A stretch of 63,550 nucleotides of DNA, the filler included, from Choristocarpus tenellus KU-1152 (taxonomy: Eukaryota; Protista; Phaeophyceae), in NCBI GenBank assembly GCA_964200185.2. It is 8 parts of 8 records of this genome, joined end to end, with 100 filler letters (N's around TTAATTAATTAA, not from the genome) between each part and the next. Parts side by side here need not be neighbours in the genome. Positions count along the whole stretch, not along the records: positions 47,768 to 55,264 come from CAXNAD020006069.1; positions 55,365 to 60,434 come from CAXNAD020011978.1; 6 more parts are not named here. One strand, 5' to 3'. The translations under genes and the position numbers were made by a program. The notes below the pieces were generated by a model. It was not told the DNA's origin. It did not search any database and was given only the letters and a program-made list of their open reading frames with translations. Below are positions 48,005 to 60,232 of this stretch, one piece after another (the stretch's first letter is position 1; each line of letters opens with the position of its first letter).

Positions 48005-50321
48005 ATGGGCAGGATTATGAATGGTGTTGCTGGGGTGGCTGGATTCGCGGTATGCGGTGCTTTGTTGCCCCTGGCATCTGCCACTGGACGACCAGAGGTC
48101 CCACACTACAGGTCTTTGGTGTCGGCGGTTTCTGGAGCACAATCAGTGGATGGTGAGGAGCAGGTTACCGTGCTGAACCGAAAATTGGCGATTTAACCAA
48201 AACCCTTGCGAATAACTCAAGTGGAATATAAATATCGAGTAATGAACTGACTATTTGTTACATTGTTTGCCGAGACCCTCTCGCTAATCTTGTAGGTTCA
48301 ATTATTTTGTTGAACTCTTTAGCACTTAGCTCCAAGTGGGGATGAAGGATATCGAAAGGGGGTTTGTCTTAGTCGATCTGCATGCGATTCTGAGACATTT
48401 GCGCGTTTTTTTCAGATTAAAATGTGGGGAAAACTCCCAAACTATCACCTCCATGAAATTGAATGACCCATACTTCACGCAACTACCGCCTGCTGTTGTC
48501 CTCGACATTCATGGTTAGTGTCGTGCTCGTCGGTGACCGTTAGCGGTACCGAGGCGAAAGGGTTTGATGGGATGAATTTCAAGGTTTCTGGACTGGCCAA
48601 GGACAACTCCATTCTCTACACTAACGAAGATGGAGACGCGAAGATGTTCAGCGTCACTGGAAAGAAGACACGTGAGTCATTTTCTCTGTACCACCTTGGT
48701 TCCGCCACATCGCTTGTCACACATTCCATCCGTGACACGGCCAATCTTCTCTAACCCATCACTTCCAATATCCCGAACTTACTCTTGTAGGCTCATGGTA
48801 CCTCGTTTCGGAGAACCTCCCCTACTTCCTCGCAGCTTCAGGACCCAAGGCTGATTACACCGATGCTACAGACATGGATGCGTCCATGTGGCAGATGTAA
48901 GGGTTGCTCATGAACGTTTTCATTTAGTCTTTACTGTAAAACTGCGTATGACTCGTTAAGTCGTGCTCGAAGTGCCCAATTTAAGAGTAGGGAAGTTTTT
49001 CTGTCCAAAAGACAATTCTCCCCGAGGCATGTGACGGACTTCCGCCTTTTCAATAATCTCTAGGCTCAGTCCTGGGGGTGCTGTGGACGTGGAGGCCAGC
49101 GACATCATCGTTAGTTGCACAGGCTCCGAGGTACGTCCTACCTGTCCAGTATCAATGTGTATGTTTGGAAGTGTATTCGCGGAAAATCAATGCTAACATC
49201 AGTTCTTACACCTTTCAACAGGCCACAATGAGTACCGAAGTGGTGTCGGTTGAGAAGACTTTCAGCGGGGCTGCTGCTATCTCTTCGCTACCTCAGGAGG
49301 TGGCAACAGATGCCCCTGTGACCTTTGATCGCCTTCTGCAAGACATGGATTTGTGCCCTTCCTACACGGTAAGATTGACCTAATTCGTTGTTTGTTGCTG
49401 ACCGCTGTCTCGCATCTTGATGGAACTAGTTACGAATTAACACTTTGGAAAATATCGTGTTTCGTCAGGTCTCCGGTGCTGAAGGTCTGGATGGCACTTA
49501 TTACATGGATGAGACTATGAACAACCTCTACAGGAGGTGAGAGTTAATAAAGCTGGATAGCTTAAGCAGGTTGCGTGTAATTTACTCTTTTTCGAAAATG
49601 TCGCTAATTTTTCACACTTCATTAAACAAAGTCTTTGACATCGCCGTTCATGGTCTTGTCAACAGTGAAAACGGGGGCTACGTCACAGTTACAACGCAGA
49701 ACTGCACTAGCGGTCTGGGTGGCCTTGATGGAGCTGAGGAGGAGTGCCTACAGTATGTCGTATACCTGGGCTCTGACGCCTTGGACTACGCTTATGTCAC
49801 TCAGGCCGATGCTTCAGACATCATGAGCGAGGTCCTTGCGTCCGTATGGAGGTACATCGAAGTGACTCTTTGCCCGCATGAATGCCTCAATATTTTTTTT
49901 GGTTTGAAACGAAAATATATGGTCAATTTGGGTCAACCGTTATTGACCATGGTAACATGAAATGATGTATTCTGTTATTTTCCCTGTCAGGATCGACTTC
50001 GACTGCACCATGTACTCCTTCATGTACGACTTTGAAGTTTCCCTGCCAACAAGCGTGGATGCCAAGTTAGATGAGTGCACAATGTTCCTCTCCATGGCCT
50101 CCGACATCATGATGATGTGTGATGGTTCAATGGCTCCCACCTCAAGCCCAACCTCATCACCTACTCTTATGCCTGGAGAGACACTGACCCCCACCATTAG
50201 CCCAACACAAGGAACTCGTGATGGAGTCAGCCCTGCTTCCTCTGCTCTTCCTGCTTTCTTTGTGACAGCAGTGGCAGTGGTGGCAGCCACCTGTAGTGGA
50301 AGGTGGTCTACACGTACCTAG
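48005..50321 (+). CDS. Secreted or cell-surface protein of unknown function: signal peptide, two Cys-bounded repeat domains, P/T/S stalk, hydrophobic C-terminal anchor; 8 exons
   Basis: In-phase exons, approximately 48005-48152, 48519-48671, 48791-48896, 49064-49130, 49222-49368, 49469-49536, 49667-49851, 49991-50321. Repeats CSSVTVSGTEAKGFDG...DIIVSCTG and CPSYTVSGAEGLDG...DIMMMCDG; tail APTSSPTSSPT...FFVTAVAVVAAT. Confidence 0.82.
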
Positions 50322-53300
50322 ATACGTTGAGTTCATGTCGTTCTTAAAAGTTCCTGGTCCTTGAAACCGTAACTTGTCATTACGACTTGGTCAATGTGTC
50401 CTGCACTATTTTTGATTTTCTGATTCTCGGTACATAAGATGGGTTTGGAGTGAGAGGTGGGTGCTGCAGGAAATATTGTTTGGAGCATAAATTGGTCCGC
50501 CTTTTTCATACCTGGCTCAGATCTCTGTGATAGTGAGAATGTTACTCTGAGGATGTTTGGTCTTTTGCAACAAATGTCCATTCTACTTTCTGTCGTGATC
50601 CTCTTTTAGGGGATGCTTGTTGTTCGTCTTCAATAGTTGTGCGGCAAGTTTGTCAATTCATGACACATTTTGCTGTGCCCCGATGGGGTGGCCGCATTGA
50701 TATTAAGGGGTTGTATTGTGGTGCTGCGTGTTAATCTGGTGAAGATGGGAATGCCAGACAAGTGAACTAAAAATAAGGTGATGCAATATGAGGCAGTTGT
50801 TGCACGTGGAGGCTGATCCTTCGAATGCATCTTGTGTGGTCATGTTTGTAGTCACCAAATGAATTGTTAAAATTCAGTGTATGAAGAGTTTGGAAAGGAG
50901 GAGAGTAGGTAGCCTTGGACCTCTTGTTGGTTCCAAGACTGAATGGGGACTGAGCTTGAGTCCGAGCAGCAGTCACAGGGTTTATTATTCGATTTGCCTT
51001 CGTTTTTTTGTGTGTAGCGCTTAGAACATCGTAAGTCCTGCAGGTAGTGTTATTTTGGTACCAGTGCAGCACTGAAGGAGTCTACACAAAGACATAAATG
51101 TGTGCAGTCGAGGACAACATGACAAATGTAATGACATGTCAGATGCACATGGCATGTGTGCTTCTTCTGTCTGCGATTTATGGCATTCTCGTACGAGGTA
51201 GTCAATAGCTTTTGCCCTGCTTTGGGAGGAGTGAAGGTTTTGATGATCCCTTGCCCTTACGAATTGTAGTGGAGTACGGGAAATGTGCTTGTAAGAGGGT
51301 GAGGTTGTAATGTTGCAAGGTAGAACACTCTTGCCTGTTTTGTGTTTGTTTTTGTGGTGGTTGGATCAAGTTGTCTTGTACGCTTTGTGTGTTATCTCGC
51401 CTTCAGTGGTAAGACATTACTCGTCACATAGGATGCTGGATTGTTTCAGTTGGGGTGTGATAGTTAAGAGGGTGTTGGTATGTATCCTCATTAAGAGACT
51501 GTACTTATATTGTTGAGGTTCCCTCAGGCAGTGCATGGTTTACATGGGCCTGTTCCCATCATTTAGGTGCGAGGTATTCTTGGCATCTCGAGGAATAGTG
51601 AGACCATTTATAATATATCTCACTTCTTCTAGGAATGTATCCGTGTCCCTGTACAACCCTTCCACCACAATGACACAAAACTTTTCTTTTTTCGCTTTAA
51701 TCAAATTTCACTTTTCACTTTGTACCTTACAGAGGTAAATTAGTCGCTTAAACAGTCTTACCGTGTTTATGAAGTTCATCTGAAGCATTTTTCTCATAAC
51801 ACTCCACTGTGAGATGGCATTGAGCGGAAAACATTTTCAATTCGAAGGCGACGTGTATAACTTCAATCCACCTTCCTGCCCATCGAACAGAAAAATGAAG
51901 TTCTTCAACAATGAACGTTGCTCCAAAGTCATGTAGGAAAAATTTAGGGAAGAAAGATTGAAGAGTTGTCCACCTACACAGTAACTCGTTTTCTAGTGGG
52001 CCTCATGAAGACCATCCATCGTTTCAGTTGCAGGGGTTATTCCTCTGGATCGGAAGTTAATTTCATTATACCCAGGGTTGAATGGTGATTGTAATATGAT
52101 TTGATGAGTAATAAATACCCTGCGAGGTGAGCAAGTTTTGAAGCCCGCAGAATTTTTTGTAGCATGCCCATGCCCATTAATCTAGTACCTCTCTCTGATT
52201 ATTGTGACTGCGCATCAAGGAGAGGTATGTATTAATGACCGAGAGATGGAAGAACTAATCATATCGTCTATCTGAACTAACCTCAACGTGCTGGCCCAAA
52301 ATTTTCCTAACATATAACCCATGCATCCAACTTTATTTTTCGGGATGAGAAAGAAACCTATCACTAACATTTTTAGAGGAGAGCAAGTTCATTGCTCCAT
52401 GTAGAACCAACTCTATATGAACATACTAATTAAACGTCGACCTTCCTCATCCCTTCCTTCACCCCATACTTACCAATCAATCTGTGCATTAAACCCAACT
52501 TTTGTGAAGGTATCTGATTTTACGACACCTTGGAAGAGTCGAATGAACGTACTTGTTGGTAGTGGGGGTATATCCATTTCTAGTTGATTTGATTCCCATT
52601 ACTTCTATTATTAGGCTCATTGACAATTTGGAGATGTGTCAAAGGAAAACCAATGAAAATTATTAACATGATAGAAAATTCCATAAAAATGTTCCCATTA
52701 TTTGTATTTGGACTCACCATGCAAACTACAAAGTATGACACGACAACCTTAGTCCAAATTTGTCACACCTACTACTATATTGTTCTGATATACGTTTACA
52801 TCTATTTCTCTTTACGTCAAAATATCTCCAATATGTTATTTTTTATATGTTAGTGTAATATGAGAGTATATATTACGATCGGAACTATTTAGAGAGAGTA
52901 AATTATAGTGTATTGCTTATTATAGTGAAGAATATGTTTATATTTTATATGTACGAACTATAATATGTGGGAATGAAGTGGTGATTGTATTAGATTTGGA
53001 GGGAGAGGAGCAGGAGGATATTGCCGGAAAGGAGTATTTAAATCCCGGCTACGCCAAATTGTTTAGGTAACTACGCAAGTGGCATTGTCTCGACGTGTCA
53101 TACACTTTAAACTAGAGTCATCGGGGAGATGGGCACGGAGGGGTTTTTTGGATTCTTGGGATGCCTCCCTAGCTCCTCCCCCGGGGCGCAGGAGTAGGTA
53201 GATGGTAAGCACAGGAACACAGTAGTACAATATTGATAGTGGTGAAGTAACTGATAGATTAGTGGTTTTCACACTTAGAGTGTTTTATAGTGTTTTCACA

Positions 53301-53386
53301 TACATGATACATTTTTTCTTTATTTAGGGCTTATTTTGACATATGTATAGTTTTCATTTGTTTTCCCCCTGACACATCTGCAAATC

Positions 53387-55033
53387 ATGTCTCATCAGGA
53401 TGCGGTCACAGCCATAGACTTCGAGCTGAATGCTGTGGTGTCATGGGTACTGACTGAGGAGACTGAAAAACACGTGTGTGGTTCAAAGATGACGGCTGCT
53501 CATTTGAAGTCGTACAGAGCGGTTCCCATCGCCTATGCCGCGAGATCCGTGGAGGAATGCTTAATTCGAGACATCCCTTGGCAACGCAAGCATGCATGGA
53601 AGTGGTGGTCCTTGGATTCTTGGAATGGTTAGGAGAGGAAGCCCCGGACTCGATCCCCCGACTCTTACCAAGGAGGTGTTGGTGCAGACAACCTTGGGAA
53701 CTAGGAAGAAGACCATTCCGAAGACATTCCTAAGTGTGAACAACTCGATATGGTCCAGGTGGACTAAGGCGCAGAAGATTGTCACCAACGTGTACATCCC
53801 CCTCTGGCTGACGTGAATTTGACATTAGATGTTGCTTGAGCTCCTGCTGTATTGCATTTCACACTTTCGTAGGTTACACACCTGAAATCCATAATTATAA
53901 CGCTCAATGGCAATATCTCAACATACACACACATCCAGCACTTTTCTTCCTTCCCGGTATTTTCCTGAAGGAAAGTTGTGTTCTGGGGAGCAGGAGACGG
54001 ACTGCCTGCAGAAGCTGTGCAACCTGTTGTGGGAGGAACAGGAGAAAATCGAGGATTACTGGGAGTACCATCGACCTGGTTGGGGGGGGGGATGATGAAG
54101 ATGAATCTCCAGCGGCGACTGAGGCTAAAGTGGTGGTGTCTGATTCAGGAGGTCCCACTTCCAGTCCTGCCAGCGCCACCCCAGAAAAGCCCAGCGACTA
54201 ACTACCCTCTCCTGGATCAGGGGGGAGACCTTTGCCCCGGGTTTCCCCTTTTCCCCCCCTCCAAAAAAAATGCCAGGTGGATGGGTCCCTCCATATCTTC
54301 TCCTGTTTGCAGTGTATGGACCTCCGTCCGTTGATGTGCTCCAAGACTTTGTCATGAGTATGAGTGAGAGACCCCCACAAGAAGGGTCCACATCCTGTAA
54401 CTTCAGCAAGGATGGGGGGTCAGTGGAGTCCTCTTCGATGGAGGGTGTGGAGGCAATGAGGAGGTTCAGGCTAGCAGCAAACCCAGGATTGAGGAGTCGA
54501 CAGCAGTTATGGAGGGCTGCTGAGGAGGACTTGAAGTTGGAAGCAGAGTCAAGGGGAAAAAGTAGGATAGACGACAACATTATTAGTGCCCTCGTATCCA
54601 CATTGGATGGTGCATCTATAGACATATGAGGAGACTTATTACAGAAGTCGTGGAAGAAAAGGCTATTGCTACAGAAGATAGGAAGAAAAGGATGGAAGAT
54701 AGGCGCAAATTTGACAGAATGCTCAAGACCGCTAAGCAAGCTTGGCAGACTTTTGAGAAGAGTGGTGATACTGTTCGAGCAGACTTCTGTAGGAAACGGT
54801 GCAAGGAACTGGAGGCAGTGAGGCTGGACGAGAATATCTGTGGTGCTGGGGTGATGTTGGAGAGTGGTGGGACAGTGGTTAAGGGGGGCTCAGGGGATTT
54901 GGAGTCAGATAGTGGCGAAGGAGAGGTTGACTTGGGGGCTTTGGGAACAAGCAGTGGCGAAGGGGGGGTTGACTTGCAGACTTTGGGAACAGGCAGCAGT
55001 AGTGAGGGGATAGACTTGGGGAATCAGTTGTGA
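53387..55033 (+). pseudogene. Frameshifted gene of unknown function with coiled-coil C-terminus; possible transposon accessory (PIF/Harbinger ORF2-like) gene
   Basis: Chain of overlapping ORFs (53387, 53476, 53592, 53907, 54270, 54626) with protein-like composition (IWSRWTKAQKIVTNVYIPLW; WVPPYLLLFAVYGPP; EDRKKRMEDRRKF); ~39-bp tandem repeats at 54890-55025. Confidence 0.45.
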
Positions 55034-55249
55034 CAACACAGCTGTCTGTGTAGCGCTCAGTATTCTTTTACAGCGGTTCCATGCACGTAGGTGTACCACC
55101 ATCACACTGGGCATTGGCAAATCTTTGCTTAAGTTTGAGGAAATTTGTTATTTTATGGAATTTATTGTTGTCTCAAGTCCTCTTATCTTGAGCTTTTGAT
55201 GCATAACTAAACAAAGCCGTCAACCCTGACCTTGTATCATGACCTTGAG

Positions 55250-55264
55250 GGTCAAAGTATCTGG
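55250..55264 (+). mobile_element. Left terminus of a poly-G-subterminal element at contig end
   Basis: (g)ggtcaaagtatctgg directly before the linker. Confidence 0.55.
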
Positions 55265-55364
55265 NNNNNNNNNNNNNNNNNNNNNNNNNNNNNNNNNNNN
55301 NNNNNNNNTTAATTAATTAANNNNNNNNNNNNNNNNNNNNNNNNNNNNNNNNNNNNNNNNNNNN

Positions 55365-55944
55365 GATTTGAGTTGTATATCCTGGAAGGTGAGCATTGTG
55401 GTCTTTTTCGCGATTTGATCATGCTGCTGCACCACACAACTCCAACTTTCTCACCACCTAACATCGCACTGAGTGTCACGCGGTATTTGCTTTTCCGCCG
55501 CCTCTCGACAGGGAAGTTGCCGAGAGTAGATCCAGGGGGCAGAGTGGCCTCGGCGGCCCTCCTTGTCTCACCGTCATGGTTCATGTTGGTGTGTAAGTCA
55601 CGTGTGTGTGTGTACTAACAGAAAGTCTGCAAAAGGCGTTAAAACGATGTCCGGATAAAAATTGTCCGGAAATCTTGGGAGTTTTGTCTGCTCTTCTTTT
55701 CAGTGCAGCCCCAACAACCAAACTTGGGTAGGGACTTACCCTGGACCAGTTTCCTGCAAGGAGTTCAGCCAACCACTTCATTTTAACCGCTCCAGTTCCC
55801 CCGAAGCCTAGATATCCGTGGATGCAAACCATCAAAAGCTCTTTTCATACCCGTTCATTTGATATATATATTGTTGTATATCTGTTGGGGCTGCACGTGA
55901 ACAAAAGCAGAAAAGTCACAGACCGCGAAACTATTGGTACCACT
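55365..55944 (-). mobile_element. TA-flanked TIR element, copy B (5' part)
   Basis: Terminus ctattggtaccact|ta; ORF remnant MNHDGETRRAAEATL. Confidence 0.75.
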
Positions 55945-55947
55945 TAA

Positions 55948-57873
55948 TAGTGGTAGCAGTAGCTTTGCCCTCTGGGCTTGTCCCGTCATAACGTTTCATG
56001 TAGACATTGGATTAAAAAAATAAAAGCATATTCGTGATGCCCGTCACAAGGCCCTCCAGATTACGGGTTTCGTTTTTTTTTCGTTTTTTGAAGAAATTCC
56101 GCTCATATTGGGGTTCGAACCCTGGATTGTAGGTCACCAAGAGAGTGGCAACAAATACACTATTACTTGATTAAAGTATAGGGTTGAGACGGGAAAAAAG
56201 CCTCCCCACCCTTTCTTCCTGTGTGTTCGCGCACCCACTCTTTGACCTCGTCGAGGCCCAGGACGAAACGCCTCTCATAGTGCCCTTGCTCCAACACCTT
56301 GATGTGGCCCTTAGTTAGGAAGTCCCTCTCCCATTTACTCAAAGTTTCAGACCTGACCATCGCATATCCTGCTGTCATCTCGAGCGCCGTTTGACGGTCT
56401 TTCCCGTCGTTCATACATAGGTACAGGATTCGCAGTGTTAGGGCCTTAACTATCACATTTCCTTGTTGAGTGCCAGAAATGGGCGTTGTCCGTGTTTCCT
56501 GGGCGAGTGATATTTGATCATCAAGGTGCAAGGGTGAGGGAGGACAGGCTTGAGTTGATCAAAATTGTGTTGATTTCTCAAATGAATGCAGGCTGGGAGA
56601 AAGCCTTAATCAACTTTATACATCCAACCCCAACTCTATGAAAAAAAGGGAATGTGCGGCATCTTGCAAGAAGTGGGAGGCACCGAACCATTGGTGTGCA
56701 AATAGTCTCAATCTCACCTCCTCTTCTTCGCTGGCATCCTCATCGATGGCTACCTCCACCTGCTTCGCGACCTATTCTAAGTAAAGGATTTGGTGGTATT
56801 CAAAGGTCTTCACAGCTGCCTTTGTTACGATCGCTTTCTCCTCCGCCTTGCGAGCTCTTTCAACTTTGTTTCGGGCTTCAGAGCCCTTGTACCCCAACCC
56901 TAACACATTCTTTCTCGTTTCCTTAAGCCACACCGGCTCGCACAGCTTCCAAACGACCAAGGTCTGCTGCAACTGTCGACTACTAACATATTCTACACCT
57001 GGGTTTTCGCTTAGGCGTTTCCTGAGCGCAATGGCACGTAGTCACACTGCTTTCCTCCCCAGCCTTCCCTTCAGTCGGCCACTCTGTTTCCTTCGCCCAC
57101 CGTGATCAGGATTTCCCACAGACTTCGTCAATGTACCACCTGATGATGGAGTCGCCGTTCCCTTCCTGCTTTCCCGAGGTGGCAGAGACTGCAGAACAGT
57201 GCTCCGACATGGTTGAAGACCCAACCACTTTTGTGTGGTAATGCTTTCAGTGCATCTTCTTTCAGTGTCAGTGTCGCAACCGCGTGGTCCATTTTGCTAT
57301 TCGATCATGCTGCTGTGCCACATTACTCGCACTTTCTCGTCACCTAACTTCGCACTGAGTTTCATGCGATACTTGTTTTTCCGTCCCCTCTCGACAGGGA
57401 AGGTGACGAGGGTAGATCCAGGGGGAAGAGTGGCCTCGGCGGCTCTTCTTGCCTCACCGTCGTGGTTCATGTTGCTGTGTAAGTCACGTGTGTGTGAGCT
57501 CACAAAAACTTTGCAAATGGCGTTAAAAAGATGTCCAGAAATCGTGTTTTTGTTTGTTATTTCCACACCGGACAAACTTGGGCAGTGACATACCCCGGAC
57601 CAGTCTTTAGCAAGGAGTTCAACCAACCACTTTATTTTTGTCCATTTTGGAAGTCGTGACATTCAAAATTGCGCCCGAGATATCCCCCCGCGTTTTTTCC
57701 ATTTTTTTCGGGACATAGTTCCCGTTCACCGAAGTTTGTACATTCCTGTATACAAACCTTCAAAAGGTCTTGTCATAAGTTTTCATTTTGATATATATTG
57801 TTGTATATCTGTTGCGGTGATACGGTGAAACAAAGCAGAACTGCCACAGAGGGCGAAGCTATTGGTACCACCT
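55948..57873 (-). mobile_element. TA-flanked TIR element, copy C (both TIRs), with remnant of a transposase N-terminal HTH
   Basis: TIRs tagtggtagcagtagctttgccctctggg / ccacagagggcgaagctattggtaccacct|ta. ORF 56163-56531 (TLSKWERDFLTKGHIKVLEQGHYERRFVL..EVKEWVRE) resembles the N-terminal region of Tc1/IS630-like eukaryotic transposases. No DDE domain present. Confidence 0.75.
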
Positions 57874-58003
57874 TACAACCGCACAAGTGTTTGTGACATG
57901 TTTGATTAACAAAAAAAAGAAGGGTTATAGTTGTAGGGACAACAGGACTGCGTACTATTGAATAATGTTCAAAAATGGAGTAGTATATCCCAATAAGGTA
58001 GTA

Positions 58004-60232
58004 AGGTGGTACCAGTAGCTGCGCCCTCTCTGGCAATCGTAGTTTTTTATCACAAGGTTACCACAAGTTATACAAGATTGCATATATCAAATGAAAGGGT
58101 ATGGCAAGAGTTTTTGAAGGTTTGTATCCAGGAATGTACAAACTTCGGTAACCGGAGCTATTTCCCGATCAAAGAATGGCAAAAACGCAGGGGGATATCT
58201 CGGGTGCAATTTTGAATGTCACGACTTCCAAACGGACAAAAATAAAGTGGTTGCCCGAACTCCTTGCTAAAGACTGGTCCGGGGTACATCGCTGCCCAAG
58301 TTTGACCAGTGTGGGAATAACAAACAAAAACTCAAATTTCCGGACATCTTTTTAACGCCATTTGCAGACTATTTGAGAGGAAACACATGCGTGAATTACA
58401 CACCAACATGAACCACGATGGTGAGACAAGAAGAGCCGCCGAGGCCTCTCTGCCCCCTGGATCTACCCTGGGCACCTTCTCTGTCGAGAGGCGATGGGAA
58501 AGCAAATACCGTGTGACACTCGGTGCGAAGTTAGGTGACGAGAAAGTGCATGTACTACGGCGCAGCAGCATGATCAAATTGCGAAATAGACCACGGGGCG
58601 GGGACACTGACGCTGAAAGAAGATGCATTGAAAGCATTACCACACAAACGTGGTTGGATCTTCAACCACTTTGGAGCACTGTTCTGCAGTCTCTGCCACC
58701 TCGGGAAAGCAGGAAGGGAGCGGCAAGTCCGTCACCAGGTGTGGTACAGTGACGTGGTACAGTGACCAAGTCTGTGGGAAAGCCTGGTCATGGTTGGCGA
58801 AGGGAGACCTGGGTGGCCGACTGAAGGGAAGGTTGGAGAAGAGAGCAGTGCGACTGCGTGCCATTGCGCTCAGAAAATGCCTAAGCGAAAACCCAGGTGT
58901 AGAATATCTTAGTAGTTGACAGGTGCAGCAGGCCCTAGCTGTTTGGAAGCTGTGTAAGCCAGAGTGGTTTAAGGAAACGAGAAAGAAGGTGTAAGGTTGG
59001 GGTACAAGGGCTCTGAATCCCGAAAGAAAGTTGAAAGGGCTCGCAAGGCAGAGGACAAAGCGATCATAACAAAGGTAGCTGTGGAGACCTTTCTCTACCA
59101 TCAAATCCTTTACTCATAGAATTAGTCGCGAAGCAGGTGGAGGTAAGCCATCACCTCCGAAAACACGTTCCTTTGAGCTTGAAACCAGCTGAGGATAGTC
59201 AGGGTATTTGCCTTGTACAGAAGTACTGCAAGAAGGCATACCCGCACCATCTTGAGCACTTCAAGACAGCTGCCACTGGACCGGAAGCCGACAAGGAGTA
59301 AAAGAAGCACAAGTTTCACGGGCGCCTGGCACCTTCGGAATTCTTGGTGGAGGATGGAGACAAGAGTTAAATTTACATTTAGCATTTATTCCCTGGGTCG
59401 TTCGTTTGGCTGGCGTTTTTTCCCGCCCAACCAAGTTGCTTTTGTGTTCTTCAAATTGCTTTCTTCAGCATGTGCAACACACATCGAGAGGAGTTTTGGG
59501 CCTGTCAAGAAAAACAAATCGAACTTGTTCGTCTTACCACCCGTTTGTACGATGGATGTACCCTGTGCTCCTCGTTGCAGCTTGTCAAAACACAGTTCTG
59601 TCTTTTGTTCGACATCCCACACGCTGTGTGTACGTCATACAAAGAAAAGCTGCACAGTTACGATAGAAAAATGTACTTCAACCGAATAATAGTGCGCCAA
59701 AACAACCTGAACGTCACACAGTGGTACAACTGTACCATTGCTACACCTTAATCAAGTAATACTACATCTGTTGCCACTCTTGGGGACCTACGGTCCAGGA
59801 TTCGAAACCCAGTATGAGCGCTTTTTCTTTTACAAAAATAAAAAAGAAGTCCCTACACTCTGGACGGCCTTATGACGGGCATCATGAATATCCATTTATG
59901 TTTTTTATCCAAGAGTGAAATTATCTTAGAGGGTACGAGTTTTGTTCTGTTTGTCCATTTGGGGCTTGGCTTCCCTCGGGGTTTTTATGAAATTGTCCTA
60001 CTCCAAAATGGTTCATAGTAGGTAAAATGTGTACGTTATGAAAAGGGGTGTTTGGAATAAGGATGTTGATATTTCCTAACAAACACGACAGCCAAAATTA
60101 CAATGAAATCGCAACACTGGATTTTGGCTCCCAAATGGACGCGGATCTACCCTCTAAGATACTTTGGCTCCAATGTCTACATCAATAGTTATGATGGGCC
60201 AACCCCAGGGACATTAGGTACTGGTACCACTA
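58004..60232 (+). mobile_element. TA-flanked TIR element, copy D (both TIRs, TA on both sides), with nested MITE
   Basis: ta|aggtggtaccagtagc ... ggtactggtaccacta|ta; homologous to copy C over 58004-59150 and 59745-60232. Confidence 0.8.
59913..60170 (+). mobile_element. MITE copy 10, nested in copy D
   Basis: Full TIRs; the empty site is visible in copy C (aatccaatgtctac, reverse complement of ~55999-56012). Confidence 0.92.

Noticed and set aside
59752-59830. Functional tRNA gene
   Set aside because: Only A/B-box-like motifs; no convincing acceptor or anticodon stems, and the two copies are diverged.
55948-60232. Fanzor/TnpB-like RNA-guided nuclease in the TIR elements
   Set aside because: No RuvC-I (D.G), CxxC zinc finger or RD.NAA-type motif seen in the ORFs here or at 36850-39210.
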